A stretch of DNA of 63,733 bases from Leucoraja erinacea (lineage: Eukaryota). The stretch lies in assembly GCF_028641065.1 (NCBI RefSeq), contig NC_073404.1, positions 20,088,001-20,151,733 of the forward strand, in the 5' to 3' direction. How positions within the stretch are numbered: the stretch's first letter is position 1; every line of letters begins with the position of its first letter. The position numbers and the translations under genes are program-made. Below the pieces are notes generated by a model, which was not told the DNA's origin, did no database searches, and saw only the letters and a program-made list of their open reading frames with translations. Positions 37,561 to 49,440 of the stretch are shown here, piece by piece.

Positions 37561-38269
37561 GTGTGTGCACACACAGGCATCGTCTGTGCATCACAACTAA
37601 TTGACTAAGGTTGGGGTGAGCTTTGTTTTGGGGCGAGAGGGAAGAAGTTTATCTTGTGAATCAACTCCAATCCAGAGGGGAGAATCCCATCTTCTATATC
37701 CTGCTTTGTGGGTGAACCTGTAAAGTTGTTCGCATGCTGGTAGCATTGAACGTGGGATGGCTGTTCTTCCCCCATTCGGATCTCCCCAAGTTCACACTGG
37801 TTCACTGAACACTGTTTTTTTTTTATAGGAAACGACACACACTGTACCTAATTATTGACTTTTCCCCACTCGTTTAATCTACTAACACCAAAGTGTAATC
37901 AATGTATAGTCTGCTTATCTATCATTATGTCCACACTTGCCACCCATCTGTATTTTCCTTTGAAGGGAACATTCTTTTTTTAGCCTGTTTACCCTCTATC
38001 CGCCTCCCCACTGACCATATTATCAAGCAAAAACTATTTGTATTGATTAAGTCTTGGCGCTTCTTGACGCTATGAAATGCTCCAAATACCTGTATTCATA
38101 TCCCTGTGGCCATTAATTACTTGAGTCAATTAGTTTTCTGTCTATTCCTCGCATCCAAATCATGGTTCAAAGGAAGGGAATCTCTTTTCCTATGTCGTCT
38201 TTTATCATTGTTTGAAAAAGGAGTGAGGCATCAGAAAGGAAATTATCTGTGGTCAGTAAAATTTTAACG

Positions 38270-38855
38270 TCCGTTTAAGCCAAAGTCAGCGTGGTTTTGT
38301 GAAGGAGCGATCTTGCCTGAGAAATCCTTTGCAGCTTTTTGAGGCAGTAAAAAGCGGGATAGCCAAAAGAGTCAGTGGATGGTGTTTACTTGGATTTTCA
38401 GAAGGCCTTTGTTAAGGTGCCACACATGAGGCAGCTAAACCAGATGGGAGCCCATGATATTAGAGGTAAGGTACTAGCATGGATAGAAGATTGGACGAAT
38501 GGCAGAAGGCAAAGAGTGGGAAAAAAGGGGGGCTTTTCTGGTTTACAAGCCAGTGACTAGTGGTGTTTCACAGGGGTCCGAATAAAAGGATGTACCTTTA
38601 GAATAGAGGTAAGGAGGAATTTATTTAGGGTGGTGAATCTGTAGAACCCGTTGCCACAGATAGCTATGGAGGCCAAGGCATTGGGTATTTTTAAAACGGA
38701 GATTAATAGGGTCTTATTAATAAGGATGTCAAAGGTTACTGTGAGAAGCCAGGAAAATGGGGTTGAGAAGGGAATAATAGATCAGGCATGACTGAATGAC
38801 AGAGGAGAATTGATGGGCTTAATGGTTTAATTCTGCTCCTGGGTCTTATGGTCCT
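38270..38855 (+). mobile_element. Internally deleted CR1 fragment
   Basis: DGVYLDFQKAFVKVPH...WIEDW..GRRQRV joined directly to 3'-terminal CR1 sequence. Confidence 0.8.
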
Positions 38856-39564
38856 GAGGCTCATTTGGCTTTAATCTCTCTTGTTCACAGTGGAAGGCCC
38901 CAAACTGGCCCCTGTAGATCGTTCTGGTCATTAACCCCCGCACCTCAGACATATTTACGTTCAGCACCACCTTCCACCTCTTCATCCAAGTCTCATTCAG
39001 TCCACGAGTTTAATCTGCCAATAATTTCACAAGCCCCAGCTCATCATAAACCATCCCATCCATGAGGCATTAAAGCACTGGCCTGTGTGTCACCTCATCA
39101 CACTGACATTACTGACAGCCCAGGAGAAGTTTGTGATGACTCTTCTTAGACAACCCTTGCCTGTTCTTGTCCTCTTCATTTGCTGGCACCGATCATTAGC
39201 CCCACATCACATGGTCATCCCCTCACCACTGCTCCATGTTTGTGCTGGCCAGCTCTGATGGATTCAACAAACTCTGTTTTGTGTAAAGCAATAGTTTTGG
39301 AGCAAATGCAAAAAGTGCTTTTGCCACTGAGTACACTGCGTACTGTCTCTGGGGCCTCAGCACTAATCATCATCTCACCTTTTGTGAATTTTGTAAATAA
39401 TTCCAGGAGAGAGCTTGACAAAAAGCTGTAATGTATATCCATTCAGGCTGAAGAGGGGGACGCGGAGACCTAGATGCATGTTGAGGCCATTTGAGGGAAA
39501 TTAACGAGGTTATAAACGTCTAACCTCTGCGTCCCTTCTTTCATTTTTAACATTCTTCTGTTGT

Positions 39565-40220
39565 GGCTCAGTGGTTCCCCACTCACCTCTATCAGAAGGT
39601 CATGGATCCAAACTGCACCTCGGTGATTTGATGATCTGGAGCTATTTAGACATATCAGCTATGTGACAGTACTTCACATCTGTGGTGCCTTCACTTAAAG
39701 CCCTGTCCCACGGTACAAGTTCATTCCAAGAGCTCTCCCGAGTTTAAAAAAAAAAAATCAAACTCGTGGTAAGCACGGAGAATGAACGTAGCGGGTACGT
39801 CGGAGCTCGGGGACGTCTCTTAGCGTTAACGGCAGGCACTCGGGAAGACTCGCTAACAACAGGTAAGCACGGGAAGACTCGTGAAAATTTTTCAACATGA
39901 TGAAAAATGTCCACGAGAGCCCTGAATACCGACGAGTGGCCATTACCGTAAATCTCCGAGTTCGAATCAGGGCAAACTCGGGGGAACTCTTGGAATTAAC
40001 TTGTATCGTGGGACAGGGCTTTTAAGTGAACGATCAAATTGAGACCCCTTTCTCCTGTTTGGCTGAACAAATATCATAATACAATCTGAAAAGGGACAGA
40101 GAAGAACATCTTGGTATCCTGACAAATATTTATAACTCAACTTATCACTTTTTTTTTAAATTAGATTTTCCTGTCATTATCTCATAGCTGTGGATAGAGG
40201 CTGTTCTGAGCAAGTTAACT
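39565..40220 (+). mobile_element. Possible ancient DeuSINE (SacSINE1-like) remnant split by a MITE
   Basis: Degenerate similarity to the Deu-domain as I recall it (GGTATCCTGACAAATATTTATAACTCAAC...GTCATTATCTCATAGCTG). Confidence 0.45.
39698..40021. mobile_element. PIF/Harbinger-type MITE
   Basis: ~45-bp TIRs AAGCCCTGTCCCACGGTACAAGTT..., TTA TSD at 39695-39697 and 40022-40024. Confidence 0.88.
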
Positions 40221-40794
40221 ACTAAATTTATCTGTATTGTAATAAAGATTGCTTCAAAAATATTTGGTTGTAAAACAATTTGGGATGCTCTGGAGGTGGA
40301 ATATGGTCTCTTTTATTTTGTTTTAATTTTGGTTGTAGTGGACATGGCTGGAATTGGTAATGGTAACACCATATACCTATCCCAGTTGCTTTGAGAATGT
40401 AATGGACCTTTTCCTTGGAGCACAGTGACATTTCTGCTCTGCAGTGTGTTTAGGTGGGTAATAGCAGGATGTTGACACTAATGAAGGAGTAATGCAGTTT
40501 AGAATGCGTGTCGATGAAGGATGTTGGAACATCTTGTAGTTGGTTCCAAGTGTGAGAGGTTGCAGGAAGAGAAATCTATAATAGTCATCATGAGAGGTTG
40601 TTAAACATACTTCAGGTACATGGTCCCAGGAGCAAATGTTAAATGAATAGTCAGGGCACGAATAAAGCAAAGTGGACCAAACTAGGATTATTTTGGCTGA
40701 ATATCCAAAGAAAGAAGTTCTATCATAATCCTGATAAATCTTTCATCACGCAATAAATGCTAATAGGGACAAATTCCTTATGGTACCCTCAACT

Positions 40795-40908
40795 GCGGTC
40801 GGAGACCCGGGTTCGATCCCGACCTCGGGTGCTGTCTGTACGGAGTTTGTATGATCTCCCCATGACCACGTGGGTTTTCTCCGAGATCTTTGGTTTCCTC
40901 CCACACGG
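40795..40908 (+). mobile_element. Partial V-SINE
   Basis: B box GGTTCGATCCC and V-domain only. Confidence 0.75.
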
Positions 40909-42169
40909 TCAGAAATAGCTGGAGGGGAGAAAAGGCACATTCAGGCACTGTGTTAAATTGGCTTCACAGTTGCCTGCTCTGATTGAGGGGGAGTTTAAAC
41001 AGTGTAGTTTGAGTGTTCAACACAGAAAGTTCCACTTTTGTCCTGCCCTCAGCCAGCGCAACCACCCAAAGCAGTTATTAATACACCTTTTAGCACTGTT
41101 TGTGCTGAACTGCTTTACCTACAGAGCAGTAACCCAACTCCAAGGCATTTCGTTGAATATGATTTGTTCTGCTTTGAAGCACTGTTGAACCACGTTTATT
41201 GTTGAGAGGCAGAAAATAAATATGTCGCTTGCAAACCAAGTAAAAAGTTAACTTTAAATTGAATTGGAAAACGAACCTTTGTGAGTGAGCAGCAATTTTT
41301 CTAAATATGCTGTTGATTTTGCAGCAGTTCGACTGCTCCTGACATTTGAGAACCTTTGAAGTGTGGCAGGATTTGTCTGAGTATTATTGTGCATTACATT
41401 CCCTAAAATTAGCATGGCTGTGAATTTTATTTGTGATTCAGCAGGGATTCATCAGTTGGGTTGCCCACCACAGTGGAGACTATTGTGAGGGAGCTCCACT
41501 GAGGGTTAGGGGCTGAATGTTCACACATCAACTGGAAACTGGAGCGCTTCTAATTTTCACACAGTAGAAAGGGGAGAGGACACACTGCCCATAAATTCAG
41601 GCTGCCTTAACTTAAGAAGCAGATTATCACTCCATCAATTTTCACTCCTGAAACGGATTCTGTTTCCTGCAGAAATATCCCAGTAATCTCTTGCAGTTGA
41701 CATGGTTTGAATGTTTGCAGCTGGACTATGATATCCAGTATAACTGCTCTTGGGTTTAATAAGGTTTTTCGGATACCCGATCAGTCAACCTCTGCAAACC
41801 ACCTACAGATCAGGTTTGAAATATTTTCTCAATCGAACCATAAACCTTACATGATAAACGCTACAAAAATCTAAAAAGTAGAATTGAATGTTGAGATTAG
41901 AAAGTTCATACCTGGTTAAGATGAATGTTGAGGTGGGGAGGAATTCTTCTTGCTGTTGTGACATGCTGAATTAAATTTGGATTTTGAACTGTCTCTCTGA
42001 TCTCATGTCAGTGTAACTGAACCTGCTTTGTTAATTACATTTTAAATTTATGAAACAAAGATTGCCTGGTCCGTTAAGTTTCAATCGCTTGTTAACTACC
42101 GGCCCTCTTGTTGGAGCTGCTTATAACTATAGATATCAACATACTACGTCTCATCCTCTCCTTACCTGT

Positions 42170-43115
42170 GGGTGTTCAATTCCTCATCGGTTTTGGTTTT
42201 GATTCTTTTGGTGAATTGAGCACAAGCAGCTGTGCATTGGAGGTACAAACCGTGGGCTGGATTTGCCCAGGGGTCGGTGTCCAGAACACCAACGGTCGGA
42301 ATGATGGGTAGCTGGACCTTGTATATTTCCTGCTCCCTAAATTCACTGGAAAAATGATTATAGCATTGTGTGACATCTCAACGAAAGCAAAATAAAACTC
42401 TATTGAGGTATTGATAATAGTTAAATAACAATAGTCTTGAAAATCTACCAGTCTCATACCTCTCCTAAGGACTTGTGTTAGGAAAGCAATTGGTATATTA
42501 GTCTTTAGTACCAGAGGATCTGAATGTAAAAGGAAGGAAGGAAGTCTTATTGAAATAGGATAGAGCCTTGGTGGGACCACACATGGAGTTCTGTGTATAC
42601 TTTTGATCTCCTTACTTAAAAAAGGATGTATTTGATGTATTTCAATGAAGGGAGTGTGGCAAAGTTTAATTAGTCTGGTTCCAAGAATGGTGGGTTGTTG
42701 AAAGACGAGTCTTACTCTAGATGTGGTCAGTGTTTTCTGAAATTTAGAAGAATGAGTGGAAATCTAGAAAATTCTTGCAGGGCTTGCGAGCTGGTTGCAG
42801 GGAGGATGTTTTCATTGGCTAAAGTGTCCAGAATCGGGAGGCTCAAATTCAGAATAAGGGGTAGGTTGTTTAGAACAAAGGTGTGGAGAGATTTCTTCAC
42901 ACTGGGTGGTGGATGTTAGGAATTTTCTAACCCAGCGGGCAGTAGAGGCCCAGTCATTGAGTTCATTCAAAATAGATTGATAGATTTCTGGATATTAGTG
43001 TAATCGAGGGATGTGGGGATAGGGCGGGAAAACGGTGCTGAGGCAAAGGATCAAGTGAACAACGATTGGCAGAAGAGGCTCAGCATGTCAATGAGCTCCT
43101 TCTGCTCCCAATTCC
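42170..43115 (+). mobile_element. Old CR1 fragment(s)
   Basis: ALVGPHMEFCVYF and FRIRGRLFRTKVWRDFFT motifs. Confidence 0.6.
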
Positions 43116-44680
43116 TATCTAATTGCTTGCTGAATGTTTCAACTCCCTGTTCACATGCTAAGCATCTGTGCCTCATTCCCATTTTCCACTTAGACCTTTT
43201 GCACTGCTGTTATTGCTTAACACGAAACGGGATACATTTTTCCCATTTCTTTTATCGTCTGCACCTTGCCGCTCATTCCCACTAACACAGCTGTGTAAAG
43301 TCATCATTCATTGTTCAAGCCCAGAGTTCCATCCAGTTGACCATAGAATTCTCATCTATGCCTTTAGAGGCATGCTTGCCTTATCTTGCTAATCTTCACC
43401 CATCTTGCATCTTCACATATCCCTCGTAGCTTCCACTGCGTAACTTAATTCCTTCAATCACTCTTCAGCTCTTCATCCCCTTCCCTCTGAAAATTCTTCT
43501 TTGTATCTTCATCATTGACTCTCCCTTTGCAGTGCTATATACTTGCAGTTTTTTGTCTTCTCTCTCTCAGGCCTAATGCAGGATCTTGACTCGAATTGTC
43601 GATCTACACCTTTTGCTTCCACAATATGCTTGAGGCGCTAAATTCGTCCAGTGTTCCGTCTTTATTCCACATTCCAGCATCTGTCGCCACTTTTGCCTCG
43701 GTCTGGTCCTACTGTTGTGCAAGTTACGCCAATCTCTGTCTCCTTGAGTGGATAATCACAAGCCATCCAAGCTTTTCCCTCCACAATCATCCAATAATCT
43801 CTTCCCCACTTTCCAACATGTCTTCATGCACTGTGGATACATGTGATAGAAACATGTTTATTTTTGCTCTGTTTCTGAATGATCAATATTAAAACATTTG
43901 TATCAAGATTTGTTATCTAAATCAGGCGTTTGGAGCCTACGATACTGATAACAAGGGAAATGTGCTCAGATTTGATGCTGTGCCAAGCACCTTCTCTTTT
44001 AGCCATTTCCTTATTATTTTTCACATGTCACCAAGCTATTTAATCCCTACTGCTTTGACGCTGTAGTTCTTTATATTTGGTTGTTTACCGCTCTTGGCCA
44101 TTAAAGGGATTTAAGGTTCTGTTCTAATTTAAGGACTGACAACCTGATGCAATGCAGAGGTGCTGCTCCATCATCTTTCAGCTGAGAATTAATTTGAGAT
44201 CCCACCCGCCTGACGGATGTTACTAAAAGCAAACCTAATGACGTAGTATGAGCAGGAAATTCCCCCGTTGATCTGCCGGCAGCTAGCTCTCTCTCTCAGC
44301 ATTGAACAGTTTCAGCTCATTTATATTGTGTGTGTGTGGAAATGGGCTGGAAGAAGCTTTTTTTTTTTTTTTTTGGAAAAGGATCGGCCCCCCAGCTCTA
44401 TTACAGTCATCCACTGTGAACGGGATCTTGTAGAGGAAGGAAGCTGAGAGATGGAAAGGAAGGGTCGGTTACATCTAGAGGTGGGTCGTCTCAGCCTAAC
44501 CTCGCTGGTGGATACTTGACGGGACTCAGTTGATTGCCCATTCTGTCGGCCACTGAAGCAGATGGAGAGCAACTTGATCATGTGAGATTCCTGCTGACAG
44601 ATTAGGTTCGAACAAATCCTTGGGGTTAAATTATATTCCAGTGATTTATACATTGCTGATACTTGTTCTTTTCTTGACAG

Positions 44681-45270
44681 GACTCCAGCAAATCTGATGA
44701 AGGCCCAGTGAAGGAATGGAATCTGTTTGTACAGTAAATATTAAACCTACAAATGTTTCGATTGGAAGCATAATTCAATATGTTAACGTATTTTGGCAAA
44801 GCTGGTTAATTGTTTTCTAGGCAACCCGCATGTTTCGGGCGGCACCTCTCCTGTTCCTGAGAAATAGTTGGGACAATTTAAAAGAGTGTCAACTAACTAT
44901 GTAGTTTTGGACGTCTAGCACTGCACATGCACTCTGTCAGTTTCTTGAGCAATCATTGTGAAGTGGAAAAACTGAGCTGCTCAATTGAAACTGCAGTGTT
45001 CAATATTTTGTGATGGGGACCAAGCTCCTTGGATAATTTGATTTTTTTTCCTTAATAAAGCCACTGGTTGGTGGTATCATTTAGATTTTAAGTGCGTACG
45101 TATATGCTGCTAGTGCAATGGACATTTGCTCTCACACTGGTAGAGAGGCACCAGTAACCTCAAAGGAGTGAATCAGCTGAAAGCTGGCAGTCATTTTTCT
45201 GTGTATATTCTATTGTGGAGAGGTATGTTTAATTTTGGTTTAAATAAACAGTACGGTTACTTAAAGTTGT
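44681..45270 (+). other. FKBP6: Candidate non-coding terminal (3' UTR) exon of FKBP6
   Basis: Strong acceptor CTTGTTCTTTTCTTGACAG ending at 44680, followed by repeat-free AT-rich sequence with AATAAA at 45054 and 45243. The donor at 36682 needs a downstream exon. End is approximate. Confidence 0.55.
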
Positions 45271-47051
45271 CTGGCCTTTGCAAAGCTTCAATTGAATAGA
45301 TAAACTACACACAGCTTTGAATTCATATCATGGGTCATCTCTGTGAAGTGGGTCCCATTATAAAGAAGCAGAAACAAAGAACTGCAGATACTGGTTAATA
45401 CACAAAAGGACACAAAGTGCCGGAGTAACTCAGCGGGTCAGGCAACATTTCTGAAAAACATGGAAGGTGATGTTTCAGGTCAAAATCCTTCTTCCTATCC
45501 ATGTTCCCCAGAGATGCTGCCTGACCTGCTGAGTTACTCCGGCACTTGGTACTTAACTGACCTTATTTTAACCTTTTATTTTCCAGACTTTTAAATATTT
45601 TAACCCGTTTAATTTTTATTTGAGAAGCAACATTTGAGACGGAAAGTTTGGCTCGGTCATGACCTTCTCCCACCTCACTGCCATAATATCTACCTGCCAC
45701 CTCAGATGACCAGTGGAGAAGCTATCAGTGCCTTTTGTACACTCTTGTACATTCTCCCAACCATTTCTCAACTGAAAGTAGTCGTCTGGATATTTCTATT
45801 CTGTGCCTATGTACTTTAGTTAACTCTCAGTTTGTAAGTATCGTGACTAATTCGGAGACCTGCTATCTCAGCCCACTTTTGCTGAATTTAAAGTGAGAAA
45901 CAAAATGTATCCAGTGTGACCCCTAGAATAACTGATTCCCAAAATTATAGTGAAGATAGACACACAAAGCTGGAGTAACTCAGCGGGACAGGCAGCATCT
46001 CTGGAGAGAATGAAGGAATCATCGGGTGGAACATTCCAATTCAGATTAGTTTATTGTCATATATACCAGAGTGCAATGAAATTCCTTGTTTGCACGTAGC
46101 TCATATAATAAACAATGCACATGACAATGATGAATAAAATAATAAATACAATACAGTGGCGCTGGCCTGTGTGGAAAGGATGGGAAATTGCACATCGCTT
46201 TAACGAATCGGATCAAGGGGCTTAAACACCTTAAAATCTCCAACAATTAAAACTAAATGAAAGTGGAATCCATGCAATATATTTTGAAACTGAATAACAT
46301 TTCATATTAAAGGAAGCCTACACTTGTAATAAGAACATTTTCTGCAGCGAATGTGGTGCCACCCACCAAGCAGGTACAACCAGATGAAATTAACTGAGCA
46401 ATTTTGGGTAGGGACTCCTGAATTCCTGTGTTAGCCTCACTTCACCCTTGTTCTTGCCTGGATTCACTTAGCATTTACATGCTAAGGGGATCACCATTGG
46501 CATCTGTGTTACTTCATCGGTAAATTCTGGCCCGTTGGCTCCTGCAAAGTGAGTGATGTGTGAAATCATCCATTAATAGCTCTTGATTTGCTTGAAAGTC
46601 ACTCGAGAGGCAAAGCCAATAGTTTCTAGTTAGAAACACATTGGGAATTGCACAGCAGCAATACCCCAGAATGAGGATTCTTTCTCAACACTCTGTGTGT
46701 GCCTTATCCCACCACCCACCTCCTTTACAATCAGTGTGAAGAAGGGTCGCAACCCGATAGATCACCTATCCATTTTCTCCAGAAATGCTGCCTGACCCGC
46801 TGAGTTACTCTAGCACTTTGAGTAATTTTTAGTATTAATCAGCGTCTGCAGTTCCTTGTTTCTGCTCTCCTTTTTCTCTCAGTTGGTATTTTCCCCACCG
46901 TGTTACCCTGTCCGCTGTGTGTGGTGACAGATCCTGTCTTCCAAGGAACCAAGCATGAATGGACCCTGATCCATTCTGGGAAATAGGAGTGGCAGATGTT
47001 TCAATGAGGCCTTTGGTCGTGAAGTGTTGAGTTGACCAATCAATCAACAAT

Positions 47052-47221
47052 GAAGGTACACAAAAAAGCTGAAGAAACTCAGCGGGTGCAGCAGCATCTA
47101 TGGAGCGAAGGAAAAAGGCATTGCCTTTTTCCTTCGCTCCATAGATGCTGCTGCACCCGCTGAGTTTCTCCAGCTTTTTTGTGTACCTTCGATTTTCCAG
47201 CATCTGCAGTTCCTTCTTAAA
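47052..47221. mobile_element. Penelope-derived near-perfect foldback insertion
   Basis: ~65-bp inverted arms. TSD CAATCAACAAT at 47041-47051 and 47222-47232. Confidence 0.85.
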
Positions 47222-47262
47222 CAATCAACAATTAAGACTGGGATCAGACTTTTAGAATAGTT

Positions 47263-47386
47263 TTCCTTTCTTCTCCCCGCTACCCCCCATCAGTCTGAAG
47301 AAGGGTTTCGGCCCAAAACGTTGCCTATTTACTTTACTCCATAGATGCTGCTGCACCCGCTGAGTTTCTCCAGCATTTTTGTGTAC
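47263..47386 (+). mobile_element. Penelope-derived short insertion
   Basis: 14-bp TSD CTTTTAGAATAGTT at 47249-47262 and 47387-47400. Hammerhead-like motif with GAAA changed to AAAA. Confidence 0.82.
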
Positions 47387-48954
47387 CTTTTAGAATAGTT
47401 AGTTGACTAAGGACTCAGAACCATGGGGTTCGCTGGAGAATGAGGAGCTGACAGCCATGAGAAGTGAAAAGACTGAACTGTTTGGAACAGAAGGCGTTGG
47501 AGATTTTTTCTTTTAAAGATTTCCCACAGGACTTTCTTCAAGTAAAACATAAAACAAAAGTCAGTGGAATTTGGGTATGAGACTTCAATAAATCAGTTGT
47601 GAAATAAAATGCTTCCCTTCTGCCAGATCTGTAATCTTTGTGCTATATTTACTGTATGATATTTAAACAGGATATCCTAGTTAAGCTGGACATCTATGTT
47701 ACTGTAGGTTTTGTGGATGGGTAATGAGAAGCAAGAGACTAGTCTGGGCCACGGGTGTGTTACAAATGTCGCTTGACATCTCTGAGGTCACCTGATGTAC
47801 TCATAAATCAGTATTTTGTTTTATTTTTTTGGTGCTTTTTGTAAATGGCTTGGAATGTTCAGGACTCGTGTTAGCACCTCATATTAGGTTGGGTGCAGGC
47901 TTCTTTACTGGAGAGTAAGCTGCCTGTTCAACTGTCTCGAATCCTGCCCACAACTCCAAAAATGATGCAGGACTGACATTATCTCGATCAGTCCTCCAAC
48001 ATCAATGAGCAAACTGTCACGCTAGTGTCATGGAACCAGAGCCACCAGCTGCTGATTGAAAGTTGTCCAATTTAGCTATTCAATCTTTTGGGTTAAAGAG
48101 TCGTGGGGAAATATAGCGAAGAAACTGACCCCTCAGCCTGCCAATTCCATACCAGCCATCAACCACCCATCTACAGTCGTCTTACACTGATCCTAGTTTG
48201 TATTCTCTCCACATCCCCATTAACCTCCCCCGGATTCAAGCACTCACCTACGCAAAGGGGGAAATTTACAGTGGCCTCTTAACCTACCAATGCACACATC
48301 TTTGGTGTGTGGGCAGAAGCCAGATCACCTAAGAGAAACCTACACAGTCGCAGGGAGAACATGCAGACTCCACAATGACAGATTACAGATCAATTTCTTG
48401 TCATATACATCATATTGCAATGAAAATCCTTGTTCATGTGAAGCTCCTAGAGTAAAGAGTAAATATGCAGTAATGATAAATGGAAACTTAAATATAGCAA
48501 GTGCAAAACAGCAGCACGTGCAAGATTGTAGTGCAAAAACGGATTAGTGCAAAAGAATATTAAAATAGAATAACCGTTAAACTGGAGTTAAGAGTAAGAG
48601 TGTGTGGCTACATGTCTGGGCATGGGCGTTTGTAAAGTGATGGGTTCAGGAATTGGTTAGCAGGAGGTGATTATCTCTGTTCACCACTGTCTGCGGGTTC
48701 AGGTGATGAAGCTACTATTTTAGAGTCTGGCTAGACCCCGGGCTTTCAAGCTCCTGTACTCTGCTTCTCTGGTTGTAAGGTAGCTAACCTGGATGATTAT
48801 TTGTTGAGAGAAAAGGGAAAGGCTCCATTTGCATCTGAACAATGTCCTTAATGATACTTCCAGAAAACCGGCCATTTTTTCCTGATGCAACACATCAAAT
48901 GAAGATGGACTGGATGGCAGGAGGTGTACTACTGTATCTCTGTTCACCACTGTA

Positions 48955-49440
48955 AATCATTGTAAATGCGGGTTGGAGGGGTTTATGTGAAGGGGGCTGA
49001 AGGGGGTAAAGCAGTTATTCTATACGGGGGCTAAGATGCAGTAAGCTCCGCAGCGCTGTGGCCATTAGAATACCCCTTTCTAGCGCGGCCCACGTTCAGC
49101 TCCGGATTCTCGGCGGCGTCGCGACAGGGTCTCTGGCGCTGTGAGACAACTGCCTCCTCTGGTTGTAGTTGCCGGGGTCGTGCTCCAACCGGCGCCGCCC
49201 GCGGCCGGATGATTAGCTCCGCGAGGTGGGTTGTCAAATAGGAAGGACTAAGAATTTTTTCACCCCTACACCACCACCACCACATAAAATCCCTTTGTCT
49301 CTACATGCTCCATTTGTCACCGGGGAAGAGGCAGCTAGAACAATTTCAGTACTAAAAATCTTCCATTCTGAAATCCGAAAATGTCCGAAATCCGACAAGT
49401 GTCTGGTCCCAAGGCTTTCGGATAAAAGGTTGTGCACCTG
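48955..49440. mobile_element. Tigger/pogo-type DNA transposon fragment, one end retained
   Basis: Ends CTGGTCCCAAGGCTTTCGGATAAAAGGTTGTGCACCTG followed by TA, similar to MER2/Tigger termini. Left TIR not found, left boundary uncertain. Confidence 0.65.
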
